The notes beneath the pieces are model-generated. The model was not told the DNA's origin. It was given only the letters and a program-made list of their open reading frames with translations, and ran no database searches. Shown in pieces: positions 21,595-33,938 of a stretch of DNA of 64,000 bases; position 1 is the stretch's first letter; every line of letters begins with the position of its first letter. The stretch spans positions 1 through 64,000 of the forward strand of contig NIVC01001145.1 in assembly GCA_002269645.1 (NCBI GenBank), given 5' to 3'. Made by a program: the position numbers and the translations under genes. This DNA comes from Macrostomum lignano. Its lineage: Eukaryota.

Positions 21595-22075
21595 GAATGA
21601 ATGTGAGATTAAGGGTGGGATAGATGTGAGATTAAGGGTGGGATAGATGTGAGATTAAAAGTGAGATAGATGTTGGATTAAGGGTGAGATAGATTTGGGA
21701 TTAAGGTGGGATGGATGTGAGAATTAGGGTGGGATAGATGTTTGCTTAAGGGTGAGATAGATGTGGGATTAAGGGTGAGATAGATGTGAGATTAAGGGTG
21801 AGATAGATGTGAGATTAAGGGTCCAATAGATATGGCATTAAGGATGAGATCGATATGATATAAATGTGAGATTAAGGGTGAGATAGATATGAGATACATG
21901 CGAGATTAAGGTTGGTGTAGATTGAGATTTAGGTGGGATATATATGAGATTTAGGATGAGATAGATGTAAGATTAAGGGTGGGGTATATTGAGATTTAAG
22001 GTAAGATAGCTATGAGATTAAGGGGGTATATGAGACTAAGGGTTGGATAGATGTGAGATTAAGGGTGAGATAAGA
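21595..22075. repeat. 23-bp minisatellite, intron 8
   Basis: Unit gatgtgagattaagggtgagata. Confidence 0.9.
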
Positions 22076-22380
22076 GAAAAGAGCAGATAAGAGATATCGG
22101 TGGAATTGATGTGAGAACTAGATTTAAGCTTTTTTTGCTTAGACATGGAATCTGTTTCTGGAATATATGTTACACACAATCTTAATCAGATAAATCTCAG
22201 TTATTTTTAGTTAATCTTTAATCTGTTTATTAAGTTCCTATTCTATAATCATAAGTGTTCTTACGGGAATACCGCATGTTATATAATAGATTTATGCTGC
22301 TCATATATTAATCTTCATTATTAATATCCCTAATCAAGTCTGTCTATAACAAATTTGTACTTTTATTTCTCAAAACACAG

Positions 22381-22401
22381 TTTTCAGACGATAAAATGCT
22401 G
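22381..22401 (+). CDS. RABGAP1: Candidate 21-nt in-frame microexon of RABGAP1 (FSDDKML)
   Basis: Preceded by tacttttatttctcaaaacaCAG and followed by a consensus GTAAGT. It is phase 0-0 and fits between exons 8 and 9 without a stop. Confidence 0.55.
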
Positions 22402-22944
22402 GTAAGTAGATTGCAATAAGTTATTTTATTCTTTTAAACTTGCCATTAAACACCAATTAGTAAGTATTTTGTTTTAATGGTTTCATTATTTTTTTATGTT
22501 TTGCAAGTTGGAATCGTAACATAATTTCAGAAGGGTAAATGTTTTTATTTTTAAATTTTTAAAGTTGCGTTCATTATTCTTCAATGTTCCATACTTGCTA
22601 CTGCTTCTATATCTTAGCAGTAAAAAGTTGTCAGTAGCATAATTGGAACACTTGATTTTTTATTAAGGTTACAGGAATTCGTTATTTTTCGGTGTTTGGC
22701 TTTTAATTTTTTTATTAGGATGACAGTTTTAACGAGAGAAGGTTGTAAACTGCGCATTTATTTACTAAACTAATAGTACATGTATATGTTTAGGCTATAC
22801 GCTGAGCATACTACTGCATTAATGTACACTTGTACTAATATAATGTACTAATGCTTATCTTCTACAAAGGAGTTAGCGCCAGTACTGTACGCAGACACTC
22901 ACGTGTTGTAGTTTCAATGCATCACATTTTTTTAAACTTGACAG

Positions 22945-23535
22945 CTCGAGGACAAGCTGGACGTGGTCCAAACTGAACTCCTGCTCACCAAGCAGATGCT
23001 TACAGAGAAAGATGATGAAGCATTGAAGCTGGCTGAGAACAATGCCAGACTCAAGGACATGGTTCGCGAGCTCACGACTGACTGCGACAAACGGACCGGA
23101 ATTATTGACGAGTATAAACAGATTGTTAGTAGATTGAGTGACAGATTGAACTCTCAAGACCAACAGCAGCGGTCTGCAACAAATTCAACCACTCCTACCA
23201 CTGCTGCTCCTACTACTGCTGCTACTACTAGTAGTAGCGATTATTCCGAACTGGAAGTTGAACTGGCTAAAACTAAGTTAGCCCTGGTCGAAGCCGAATG
23301 CCGTTGTCAAGCTCTGGAGCATCAAGTGAACAGTTTTAAAATGATGCAACAGAGACCGTCTGCAACTTCTTCTTCTTCTAGTGGAAGCGGCGGCGGTTTG
23401 TCTCAACGATTCACCAAAGCTGTAAGCAGTTTTGCTAATAAAACTGCGTCTTCTTCTTCTAGTGGACAGCAACAGCAACAGATGCCGCCTTCAGTGTCTG
23501 AGCACTGCTTGAGCAGTCAGTTAAGTACTATGTAA
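22945..23535 (+). CDS. RABGAP1: RABGAP1-like last coding exon (coiled coil, RabGAP1 C-terminus)
   Basis: ELLLTKQML, IIDEYKQIVSRLSDRL and ELEVELAKTKLALVEAECR closely match RABGAP1. The nine exons total 2985 nt, giving 994 aa plus stop. Confidence 0.92.
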   Translation, partial: LEDKLDVVQTELLLTKQMLTEKDDEALKLAENNARLKDMVRELTTDCDKRTGIIDEYKQIVSRLSDRLNSQDQQQRSATNSTTPTTAAPTTAATTSSSDYSELEVELAKTKLALVEAECRCQALEHQVNSFKMMQQRPSATSSSSSGSGGGLSQRFTKAVSSFANKTASSSSSGQQQQQMPPSVSEHCLSSQLSTM

Positions 23536-23949
23536 GCTGGATTCATTGACTCGAAATCCCTTATTTTTTATGCCTAGTTATATTTTAACTAAGCGTTATT
23601 CTTCAAACGCGTGTTTCTTTTGTCTGCCAAGCGTTTCTGCCTGTAGCTATGCAATCAATTCATTCCTTGTGCGGTTTTACTACTGCTAGTAGGCTATGCG
23701 ATTGTATGTGAATATTATAATAGCGTGACTGTATAAATATTTGTTAATACAGAGATGTCATAATGCTTTATTGTCCAGTATGCACAGTTAATTAGTAGTA
23801 ATAATATGTAGTAAGAATTAGACAGCTTTGCTTTTTCCGTATCTACCAAACAATTTACCTGAATGGTGTGTGTCATTTTGTAAGTACTGCTCATCACTCT
23901 AACTTTCTACGTGACTTCTCTACCTCTATGCTCTCGATGTCTACTTTCC

Positions 23950-24810
23950 ACCCTACCTTTCTTCTCAACCCCTACCTCTCTACTCTCCACCCTACCCCTC
24001 TCTACTCTCCACCCTACCTCTCTACTCTCCACCCTACCTCTCTACTCTCCACCCTACCTCTCTACTCTCCACCCTACCTCTCTACTCTCCACCCTACCTC
24101 TCTACTCTCCACCCTACCCCTCTCTACTCTCCACCCTACCTCTCTACTCTCTACCCTACCTCTCTACTCTACCCTATATATCTACTCTCCACCCTACCTC
24201 TCTACTCTCCACCCTACCCCTCTCTACTCTCCACCCTACCTCTCTACTCTCCACCCTACCTCTCTACTCTCCACCCTACCTCTCTACTCTCTACCCTACC
24301 TCTCTACTCTCTACCCTACCTCTCTACTCTCTACCCTACCTCTCTACTCTCTACCCTACCTCTCTACTCTCTACCCTACCTCTCTACTCTCCACCCTACC
24401 CCTCTCTACTCTCCACCCTACCTCTCTACTCTCTACCCTACCTCTCTACTCTACCCTATATATCTACTCTCCACCCTACCTCTCTACTCTCCACCCTACC
24501 CCTCTCTACTCTCCACCCTACCTCTCTACTCTCCACCCTACCTCTCTACTCTCCACCCTACCCCTCTCTACTCTCCACCCTACCTCTCTACTCTCCACCC
24601 TACCTCTCTACTCTCCACCCTACCTCTCTACTCTCTACCCTACCTCTCTACTCTCTACCCTACCTCTCTACTCTCTACCCTACCTCTCTACTCTCTACCC
24701 TACCTCTCTACTCTACCCTATATATCTACTCTCCACCCTACCTCTCTACTCTCTACCCTAAATATCTACTCTCCCCTCTACCTCTCTACTCTCCACCCTA
24801 CCTCTCTACT
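23950..24810. repeat. 20-bp CT-rich minisatellite
   Basis: Unit ctctactctccaccctacct. Confidence 0.95.
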
Positions 24811-25409
24811 CTGCTCCTGTTCCCTGTTTCTATAATCCAACCATACCCCTCTACTCTCCTTCTTTATCTACTCTCATTCCATACTCTTCTTACATACCTC
24901 TTCTTTCTATCTATCTTGCACAAGAAAATATTTTATAACGGATATTGGCGTGTATGAGTCACATTAAAAGATATACTCGTTAATCTGACACTTTCAGCAA
25001 AAAATTGTTTTATATTTTTTTCGATCTGCATCAGATTCATATTTCTTCTTTAATTAAGCTCTTCTGTAATATATGCTTATTTTTAATAAATTTATTTCCG
25101 CACTACTAATGTAAGTATTATTAAAGCATATAACTCTGTTTTGTATTAAAAATTACTATAATATGTAAAATTAAAATTATTTTTGCCAGCAATTTTAAGA
25201 CTGAAATCACTATATGTAATGTAGAGTTATGAAATAATTTTTTAAGTGGATTTGCAATACATGTATGGCATATTCATTGTTATTTTTTCAGTTGAATTTT
25301 GCACTTTAATTGACGCTTCAGTATAAAATTTTGAGTTCTTAATGTTCAAAATATTTACTTTATTTGAGGCTTTGTTTTAGGACTTTTGAATATTGGATTT
25401 GGGAGTTGG

Positions 25410-26255
25410 GATTTTCGAATGAGTATCTGGATTTTGGATTTAGAGGGGATCAAAGTATTGGGATTTTAGAATTGGGATTTTAGAATTGGGATTTGAATAT
25501 TGGGATTTTAGAATTGGGATTTGAATATTGGGATTTTAGAATTGGGATTTGAATATTGGGATTTTAGAATGGGGATCTGAATGTTGGGATCTTAGAATAA
25601 TGGGGATCTGAATATTGGGATTTTAGAATGGGGATCTGAATGTTGGAATTTTAGAATGGGGATCTGAATATTGGTATTTTAGAATGGGGATCTGAATATT
25701 GGGATTTTAGAATAATGGGGATCTGAATATTGGGATTTTAGAATAATGGGAATCTGAATATTGGGATTTTAGAATGGGGATCTGAATATTGGGATTTTAG
25801 AATGGGGATCTGAATATTGGGATTTTAGAATGGGGATCTGAATGTTGGAATTTTAGAATGGGGATCTAATATTGGGATTTTAGAATGGGGATCTGAATAT
25901 TGGGATTTTAGAATGGGGATCTGAATATTGGGATTTTAGAATGGGGATCTGAATGTTGGAATTTTAGAATGGGGATCTGAATATTGGTATTTTAGAATGG
26001 GGATCTGAATATTGGGATTTTAGAATAATGGGGATTTGAATATTGGGATTTTAGAATTGGGATTTGAATATTGGGATTTTAGAATTGGGATCTGAATATT
26101 GGGATTTTAGAATGGGGATCTGAATGTTGGGATTTTAGAATGGGGATCTGAATATTGGGATTTTAGAATGGGGATCTGAATATTGGGATTTTAGATTGGG
26201 ATCTGAATGTTGGGATTTTAGAATAGGGATCTGAATATTGGGATTTTAGAATGGC
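25410..26255. repeat. ~28-bp minisatellite
   Basis: Unit gaatattgggattttagaatggggatct. Confidence 0.95.
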
Positions 26256-26875
26256 GATTAAGGTGTTGTAATATTTAATTTGAAATAGAAAAGAAATTTC
26301 AGCTGAGCTTTTTATGGTCATCAAATAAAGTATTTATAATTAAATTTCAATTAAAGCACTATTTTTATAAACTCGATTTTTACTCTCGCTTACATTTGCC
26401 CATAGACACACTTATTTAAACAGCCTGATTTTTACTTACTACTGTCAGTAACAAAAGACGCTTACTGCTCCAATTTTGGTTAATAATTTTTATTCTACTA
26501 ACCTATATAACACATTAGTTTAGGTTTACGTCTGTGTTTTTTTATTTAAATATTTCCAACAGTTCTATGAGAAATTGCAATGCCACCTTCGACTGTAACT
26601 GTTTTCGCAACTGCAAACAATAGATAATTATAATTTGTTTATTTATCTGTGTAGTTGCTTTAGTGATAAATATACGGCATTGGCTCTTCACTGCATGTCT
26701 GACAGATTGCTGCGGTCGAAACTGGGACTTCATCAGTTATGTTGATTTTACGTGTAAAGCCCGCTTATAAAAACTTTTTAATTATTGAATTTGCTTTTGT
26801 CTTCTTTCTGGCTGATAACGATTATTTTATATGGGCCAAGTGCAAGTTCTCCGATTGCTGACCCACCACCCTTGC

Positions 26876-27322
26876 AGATCCTCAGTTGCTGGGCCAGCCT
26901 CCCAGATCCTCAGTTGCTGGGCCAGCCTCCCAGATCCTCAGTTGCTGGGCCAGCCTCCCAGATGCCCAGTTGCTGGGCCAGCCTCCCAGATCCTCAGTTG
27001 CTGGGCCAGCCTCCCAGATGCCCAGTTGCTGAGCCAGCCTCCCAGATCCTCAGTTGCTGGGCCTGCCTCCCAGATCCTCAGTTGCTGGGCCAGCCTCCCA
27101 GATCCTCAGTTGCTGGGCCAGCCTCCCAGATCCTCAGTTGCTGGGCCAGCCTCCCAGATCCTCAGTTGCTGGGCCAGCCTCCCAGATGCCCAGTTGCTGG
27201 GCCAGCCTCCCAGATCCTCAGTTGCTGGGCCAGCCTCCCAGATCCTCAGTTGCTGGGCCAGCCTCCCAGATGCCCAGTTGCTGAGCCAGCCTCCCAGATC
27301 CTCAGTTGCTGGGCCAGCCTCT
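26876..27322. repeat. 28-bp minisatellite, array A
   Basis: Unit cctcccagatcctcagttgctgggccag, about 16 copies. Confidence 0.97.
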
Positions 27323-28136
27323 GTCTAAACTATTCATTTTCAGCGTTCCTCAATCGACTCCCAAGGCCCAGAATCAGGGTGGTTGATCAATAATTACAAC
27401 TCTCTTCATCAGGTTTCTCCTTGCCGCTGGAATCCAACTGTCGGGTTGAGTGCGTTCTATAATTAGCAGGTGCAAATTAAGCTGGCGAGCGATTGTGTAT
27501 TTGTGCTGTTCGTTTTTGACTCAAGAGGAAGCAATGCTCGGCAGAATTTTTTTTAAGGTAATCACACTTCTCCGTAAACCAGCCGCTGCTAAAACAGCAA
27601 TTTCATGTGGCTTAGAGCTGGTCGAAGTCTGGAATTAGGTGCCAAAAAATAAGTAATTACCGTTGAGCAGTCGCAGTGTGGGGCAGCTCACACCTGGCAG
27701 CGAGAAACTTCACTCCTGTAATTTTGATCCAATCGGTTTGAGCTGATTCAGAGCAGGTTTTTCTTGGAGCTGTACAATTATATCCTTGATTCCTGCTAAC
27801 TTGTGGATGGTTATTAGATGTGTGTGCTAGTTTTTTGGTGGCAAATGATTGATTGAATGATTGTGCAGCCAGGTTGAGGGTCTGCTGTGCTTCTAACTTG
27901 CGGTAGTTCAGAGTAGGATATGCAAATGAGATCTTTAAAGCATGCCTTGCTGCGGATTTTAATCTGATGGCTAGTTTTATTGACTCTTAGTAAATCCTCA
28001 GTTTCTGGGCCAGCCTCCCAGATCCTCAGTTGCTGAGCCTGACTTAACTTGACTTAGCTGTAGGGCTGTCCCGGAGGGGACACAGCGGGAAGGCGCGGGC
28101 GCCCATTCCGCTAGTCCCTGAACGGCCGACGCATCG

Positions 28137-31100
28137 CTATGGACGGAGGGTTGGCGCCGCCCAGGGAGGTCCCCCAGTGTCGCCAGCAGCTATGGTGCTC
28201 TCTGGAAAGGAGAGTTCAGCCCTGCGGGTGGCCCGAAGGTAGCGCATGAGCTGATTAAAGTTTTCGGGTTTGCACGCTTCAGTAATAGATGTGTGTGGCC
28301 CGAGGTAAGTGAGTCTGGCCCGCGTGAAGGCGGGACAGATGCTGACGAAATGCTCAGCGGTTTCGTCACCTGAGTTGCAGAAGCTACAGGTGGCGTTGCC
28401 CTGCAGGTGCTGGTGCCTGGAGAAGCAGCCGTGACCAGAGAGGGTCATGGTGGCAGCCCGGATGTCTCTGCGCGAGAGGCGCAAGAGGAGCTTCCGGAGC
28501 TGGTGAGAGGGCTGAGGGACAGCGCCTCTGGATTGCCTGCAGTTCGTGCGGTTCGCCCAAGTCGAGCGGTGCTGAGTCCTGATCCACGCTTTGATGCGCG
28601 AGTCGATGACACAGCCAGGAATCGGGACAAGAGGTTCGGGGCCGAGAGAGGAGCCGGAGGCACCAACTTTTGCAAGGGTGTCAGCCAACTCATTTCCTCG
28701 GATCCCCACATGCCCCGGAACCCACTTAAGGGTATTTTGTTGGCGGAACCCAACACGTTGAGGAGTTTGATACAGTCGAGGACTGTAGCAGAGTTGGTGC
28801 TGCAGCCACTGATGGCGTGCAAGGCAGCTTGGCTGTCCGAATGGAAAATGATGTTCTTACCAGTAACGCCAGTGGCGAGAAGCTCTGCAGTGCAGGAGCT
28901 GATGGCCAGAACTTCATTTTGGAAAACACTGGAGTTGACCCCAGTGTATTGAGCGTGGGTAGCGATGACCCTCCCGTTCAGAAAGATTCCAACACCAAAG
29001 CCGGTGTTGGCTGACTGCTTAGAACCGTCGGTGTAGCAATGAAGCTCACCAGGGTTCCAATGGTCATTGATGTTATCGCGCGAGTCGATAGCTACGGAGT
29101 AGCGCTGTCTCAGGTTGAGCGTTGAGGCAATGCCATCGGTGAAGACGCGATTGGCCTGACACTCGTTGAGAAAGTTGAGGCACAGATCGCTATGCGGGAC
29201 AAGGTTCCGCTTAGCAGGTGCTCTCATGTAAATGAATTTGACGCCGGCATCAATTAGACGCCGCGTCGTTCTAGCCGCCTCACCCCTGATGAAGAGGTCA
29301 AGAGGCGGAAGATTAAGGAAGGCCCCCATGCCAGCAAAGGGCGTGGACCTGTGGCGTTGCAGATGAGCCTACACGCTCTGCCTTGGATCGTGTTGAGCAG
29401 GTCTGCATGGCTTTTGACCTGGGTAGCGCTAACCCAGACAACAGAGGCGTACGTAATGGCAGGTCTAACTACGGAAGTATAGATCCACCAAAGCCGCTTT
29501 GGGGATAGACCCCAAGAAGTGCCAAGTGCTCGTCGGAGCTGGGCCAGGATGGCTGAGGCACGCTTGGCTTTTGCTTTCACGTGGAGGACCAGTTGAGCCG
29601 GTGGTCAAGTATGACCCCGAGACATCTGGTCTGGTGCGCGAAGGCAATATCTCTGCCGTAGAGCTGCAGAGGACGTATGTTCCAGCGTAGTCTGCTGGTA
29701 AACATAATGGCAACGGTTTTGGGCTCAGAGAGTTCCAGACCATTGTCATTGGCCCAGGATTCTGCTTTGCGGATAAAGCTCTGCATCAGATCCCTGAGCG
29801 TGCTGGGAGACGGTCCTGCCACAATGGCCGTGACGTCATCAGCATACCCGACTTTGAAGACGGGGTCGGGTCGGGAGTCACTCAAAGAGCGTCCATGACC
29901 AGGTTCCAGAGCGTCGGGGTGAGGACTCCGCCTTGGGGTCCACCCTTACAGACTCTGGTGGAGGCAGTTTGCCCAAGAAGTTGGGCAGTGACCGTACGGT
30001 TGGAGATCATGTACATGATCCACCGTATGAGGGTAGCATGAGCTTTGCGATTTTGAAGGGCCCTCTGAAACGCTTCAAAGATAACGTTGTCGAAGGCGCC
30101 AACAATGTCAAGAAAGAGAGCCAGAGCGTAACCGTCACCCAGTACCGCCCTTTCAATCTTCTCGACAATCGCATGCAGGGCGCTGTCAGTCGACCTCCCG
30201 GTACGGAAGGCGTGCTGATTATTGCTGAGGGGCATCGCTGTCAGCTCGCAGGACAGCAGCCGCCAGAGAATAAGCCTCTCAGTGAGCTTAAGCATTGCTG
30301 ACGTTAAGCTAATAGGCCGGAAGGCCTTGACGCTTTGGTAGTCACCCTTCCCAGGTTTGGGAATAAAGACTACCCGAGCTTCAGTCCAGCATTTGGGAAC
30401 GTATCCCAGCTGATAGAGGCCCGCATAAGATTGCGGGTGAGTCTCAGGAACGAGGGTATCTTGGCTGCTTCACGAAGGAGAACAGGGTAGATACCATCAG
30501 GTCCAGGAGATTTGAAGGTTTGAAGGTTCTGACCGCACGAGCGATTAGGTCTTCAGTGACAATGCCCGCCGCTAGGGTGGCTCCATCCATCGAATGGTTG
30601 GGCTCCGGTCTAGCAGTAGGTACCCTCGGGAAGAATGTGCTAAGCATATGCTGAAGCACTTCTTCAGGGTCTTTAGTAAGAGAGCCATCATCTTTTTTGA
30701 TCATGGCTAATTTGGACATTTTGTCCATTGTAAGGGCCTTGACAAGCCTAGAAGTAGGTCTGTCTTGATCCAATTCATTGCAGAATTGGCGCCACTTACA
30801 TTCCTTGGCCTTGCGCACTTCAGATTTGAAATTGCGGGAGGCTTGCCGGAAAAGCTCCATGTCCTCCGGGTTTCCGGTCTTCATGGCACGGCGATGAAGG
30901 CTTTTGGCCTTCCGCCTGAGTTTCCCCAGCTCCGGGTTCCACCACGGCGCCGAGGTCTTGCCTTTGTAGGCGCGAGCAGGACAAGCCGCTTCGTAGGCTT
31001 CAATAATGCAACCTGTCAGCGTCTCAGCCATATGATCCACATCCTCGCAGGTCTCAATCGGACGTAAGTCCGTGAGTTCCTGCAGGTGCAGATCAAGGGC

Positions 31101-31862
31101 AGCCTTGTAGGCCGCCCAATCAGTGTTGCGGATATTGCGTCTCCAAGTGATCGGAGACTGGGTTTTAGTGTCCGCGATGTTAAAGGCGATAAAGCAGTGG
31201 TCAGACAGGGAGGGCTCCTCAGACCAGACTCTCCACTCCTCAACTCTGTCAAAGAGTCTTGGGGTAACGAGTGTGGCGTCGAGGACCTCGGTCCATCTGC
31301 CATTATTAAAGGTAGGAGTGCTGCCGCGGTTGCAGAGCATGAGGTTTGTGTTAGAGATGAGGGCCAGAAGCTCCTCTCCTCTAGTGTTGGTATCTTTGCT
31401 GCCCCAGTGCTTGTGGTGCGCGTTGAGGTCGCCCCCTAAGCACAGCTCAGCGTTCTGGGACTCGCAGTACTGCGCGAGGCGCAGTAAACTCTCAGGAGCA
31501 GGGTCTCTGTCGCCTGGGATATAAACCGAGGCAACAAGACACGTACGCGGAGAGAAATGATTAGATTGGATGACACAAAGGTCTCCATCAGAGAGATCAG
31601 TCCTCAGCCAAGCCTGGAGATGGCTAGCAGCGAGGATAGCCGCTCTAGGGCGGCTGTTCCCCGGGCCACACACATAAAAATCAGAGTAGCCAGAGGGAAT
31701 GTTGGGCAACTTACCGTTGCGCATCCAGGGTTCCTGGATCAGGATGAGGCCTGGCCTGTACAGCTCAGCAATCTTCATCAGATTTACTGACGCAGATACG
31801 CAATGCTGTAAATTAATTTGCAGACAGAATGTCGCTCCTTTGGCAGCGTGGAGCTTAGTCAT
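28137..31862 (-). CDS. LINE ORF2 (APE endonuclease, RT, RNase H, CCHC), broken only by -1 frameshifts in this assembly
   Basis: Motifs GGDLNAHH, TFNNG, SDHCFI, KSPGPDGI, FRPISL, QHAFR, PQGGVL, GYADD, CYTDGS, HSDSQAAL, WVPGHVGIRGNELAD and CSFC...EHF...CP. There are six single-base deletions near 30515, 30411, 29885, 29590, 29345 and 28725, and no in-frame stops were seen. Confidence 0.9.
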
Positions 31863-31901
31863 ACTGTATTAAATGCAATTTCTGGCTAGAGCCCAGGGCC
31901 A

Positions 31902-33407
31902 TCAAGGAGACTTGGACAACAGATCGTCCTCGTCCCAGGCCGCTGGGGCTTGACTGGGAGATGGGAGTTGGTCGACGTCCATGGCCTCCTCACCCCCACC
32001 GGCCCCCCCAGCAGAGTCCTCAGGCTCCGATGACAGGATGGAGGAAGCTTCCTCACCTGCATCTTTACCTTCAGACCCCACCAAGGTGGCCGAGGAGAGC
32101 TCGGATTCCGAAGACCCGGCCTCGTCCTCAACTCCTTCTCCGACTGGCAGGTTTGGTTCCCGGGGCTTGGCCGGAGCCGTTACCGCGGTCGCCGAACTGC
32201 TGCTAGCAGAGGGGCGAGATGCAGCTTTGGCTTTGGGATCGGCTTGCGCCTTTCCTTGGGCCTTAGACTGCGCCCCGCTCTTGCCGGAGATGCCGGGGTT
32301 GGCAGTAGCCTTCCCTTTGGCAGACTTTCCTCGGCGCATCTTGAGCTTGAGGGCACCCAGCTGGAAAGAGGATCCATTAGGGTACCGACTCGCCCAAGTG
32401 CTGGAAAGGCCGAGGACAATTGAGTTGCCCGTCTCCCCCCTGCGGACTTTACGGTGATACACCAGTCCACTAGCAGGGAGGTCGGGGTTCAGACGCAGTA
32501 GGACCCGGCGAATAACGTCTGGTCCAGCTGCGGTGCTCTTAGCAGGGACGAAAACCACATAGGGTATCGTCTTTGGACGCTGGCCCTCGCGAAGAAAAAG
32601 AGCTCCGCCAAGGTCAGCATCCAAGGAGACCGTCGGTAGCCGCTGGAGCAGCTGCCGAGCGTCCTCCTCGCTGCTAGGAGCAATAAGAACGAATGTGCTT
32701 CGCAGCACCATCCGCTCAATGCCGATGGAGATTCCCTCCTCGACAGTCAGCTCAATCAGATAGGAGTCAACAGCACTCCACACTTTTTGAAGCTGATCAG
32801 TGGTCCAGTCCTGGTCGCGACCTTGGATGATCACTCCCGGGATTTTGGCCTTGGCCTTCGCCGCAAAGGTAGCTCCCGAAGGAACCTCCTTGTTGGCAGT
32901 GGCCATTTGTTGCGCCGTGGTTTCGGCCTCAGCAGCCGCGGCAGCAGCTCCAGGGAGCGCCGCCGCTGAACTACTGGAGCTTCCACCGGCCGGCCCGCCT
33001 GGTTGCCTTGGGACTCCAGTCGCTTCAGCATCCATGGTGGACGCCGCCGCTTTGGCCCCCGCAGCTCCCTTCTTGGCCTGCCTTTTGGCGCGTTGTTTAG
33101 CGCGTTTGCGCTCAAGCCGAGCCCGCTGAGCTTCATCGGATCTGCCAGATTTGGCCGGTCCTTTAGGCTCAGAGCTCGCGGTTCCCTTAGATCCACCAGC
33201 GGAGCTGGCAGGTCCTTGGGTATTTTGAGTTTGGTAGCTCTGGTCGGATCTGCCAGCAGAGCCAGCCGGTCCTTCCTTTGCCACAGTTGAATCAGTCGGT
33301 TGGGATCTGCCAGCAGGGCCGGCCGGTCCTTCGGACTGAGGTTGGGGTTTAGAAGGGTCCCCGTCCCTAGAGTTAGCTTGATTGTCCATAGACGGCTCGA
33401 AGGCCAT
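31902..33407 (-). CDS. LINE ORF1 (DUF4780-like core flanked by disordered tails), intact, about 501 aa
   Basis: Uninterrupted ORF with the first ATG at 33407. The core VLLRLNPDLP...GNSIVLGL...FQLG resembles LOA ORF1/DUF4780 (family recognition, not searched). Confidence 0.8.
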   Translation of the reverse strand: MAFEPSMDNQANSRDGDPSKPQPQSEGPAGPAGRSQPTDSTVAKEGPAGSAGRSDQSYQTQNTQGPASSAGGSKGTASSEPKGPAKSGRSDEAQRARLERKRAKQRAKRQAKKGAAGAKAAASTMDAEATGVPRQPGGPAGGSSSSSAAALPGAAAAAAEAETTAQQMATANKEVPSGATFAAKAKAKIPGVIIQGRDQDWTTDQLQKVWSAVDSYLIELTVEEGISIGIERMVLRSTFVLIAPSSEEDARQLLQRLPTVSLDADLGGALFLREGQRPKTIPYVVFVPAKSTAAGPDVIRRVLLRLNPDLPASGLVYHRKVRRGETGNSIVLGLSSTWASRYPNGSSFQLGALKLKMRRGKSAKGKATANPGISGKSGAQSKAQGKAQADPKAKAASRPSASSSSATAVTAPAKPREPNLPVGEGVEDEAGSSESELSSATLVGSEGKDAGEEASSILSSEPEDSAGGAGGGEEAMDVDQLPSPSQAPAAWDEDDLLSKSP

Positions 33408-33938
33408 GATAAAAGGTTGGTGGGCTACCCTCAAAGGGGCGCGGTACCCACCCGGCCGCTCCACCTGACCGGGCAGTAGGCCAATAGCACCCTCAAGGCT
33501 GGCCCGACACCAGGAGGGGGACCGCTTGCGACCGGACTACTCCCCGGCCTTCCAGCCCATCGGCACGGTCAACACCTTAGGCATTAGAGAGTACGTTGAG
33601 CAGTACCACGGCCTGCAGGTTGGCGAGCCAGACCCGCATACCCAAATTCGGCCGAAGCCACTGGATAGGGTCGCCAGCGCCGGAGCCCAGTCTGTCCAGC
33701 AGCCCTAGGGACTGCCTTGAACACACGCGGGGACGAGTACCCTGGGTCGACTTGCGAGACAGCGTGGGGGGGGGGTCTGCGGCTGCCAGAGGCAAATAGA
33801 GGGTGCAGACCTCCCACCAGCCTTGACCTGCTGAAGATAGGGGCAGGCGTAAAGCATCGCAGACCTTAGCCCATGGGCCTAGTCTGTCTCATACTTCACT
33901 GGCATGCTGAATACGCCTTCGCGTGCAGTTGCTGAGCC

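Larger units (their letters stand above)
28040..33925 (-). mobile_element. LOA-clade (R1 superclade) non-LTR retrotransposon, full length
   Basis: Exact 13-bp TSD cagttgctgagcc at 28027-28039 and 33926-33938. It has a ~520-nt 5' UTR, two ORFs, a ~97-nt 3' UTR ending in AGTCA/AGTTA short repeats, and an APE-RT-RNase H ORF2 with LOA/R1-style QINLQH and IQEPW. Confidence 0.9.

Noticed and set aside
23530-23537. Possible donor GTAAGC overlapping the RABGAP1 stop (an extra downstream exon)
   Set aside because: The protein already contains the conserved C-terminal region and no downstream exon was found. RNA data would be needed.
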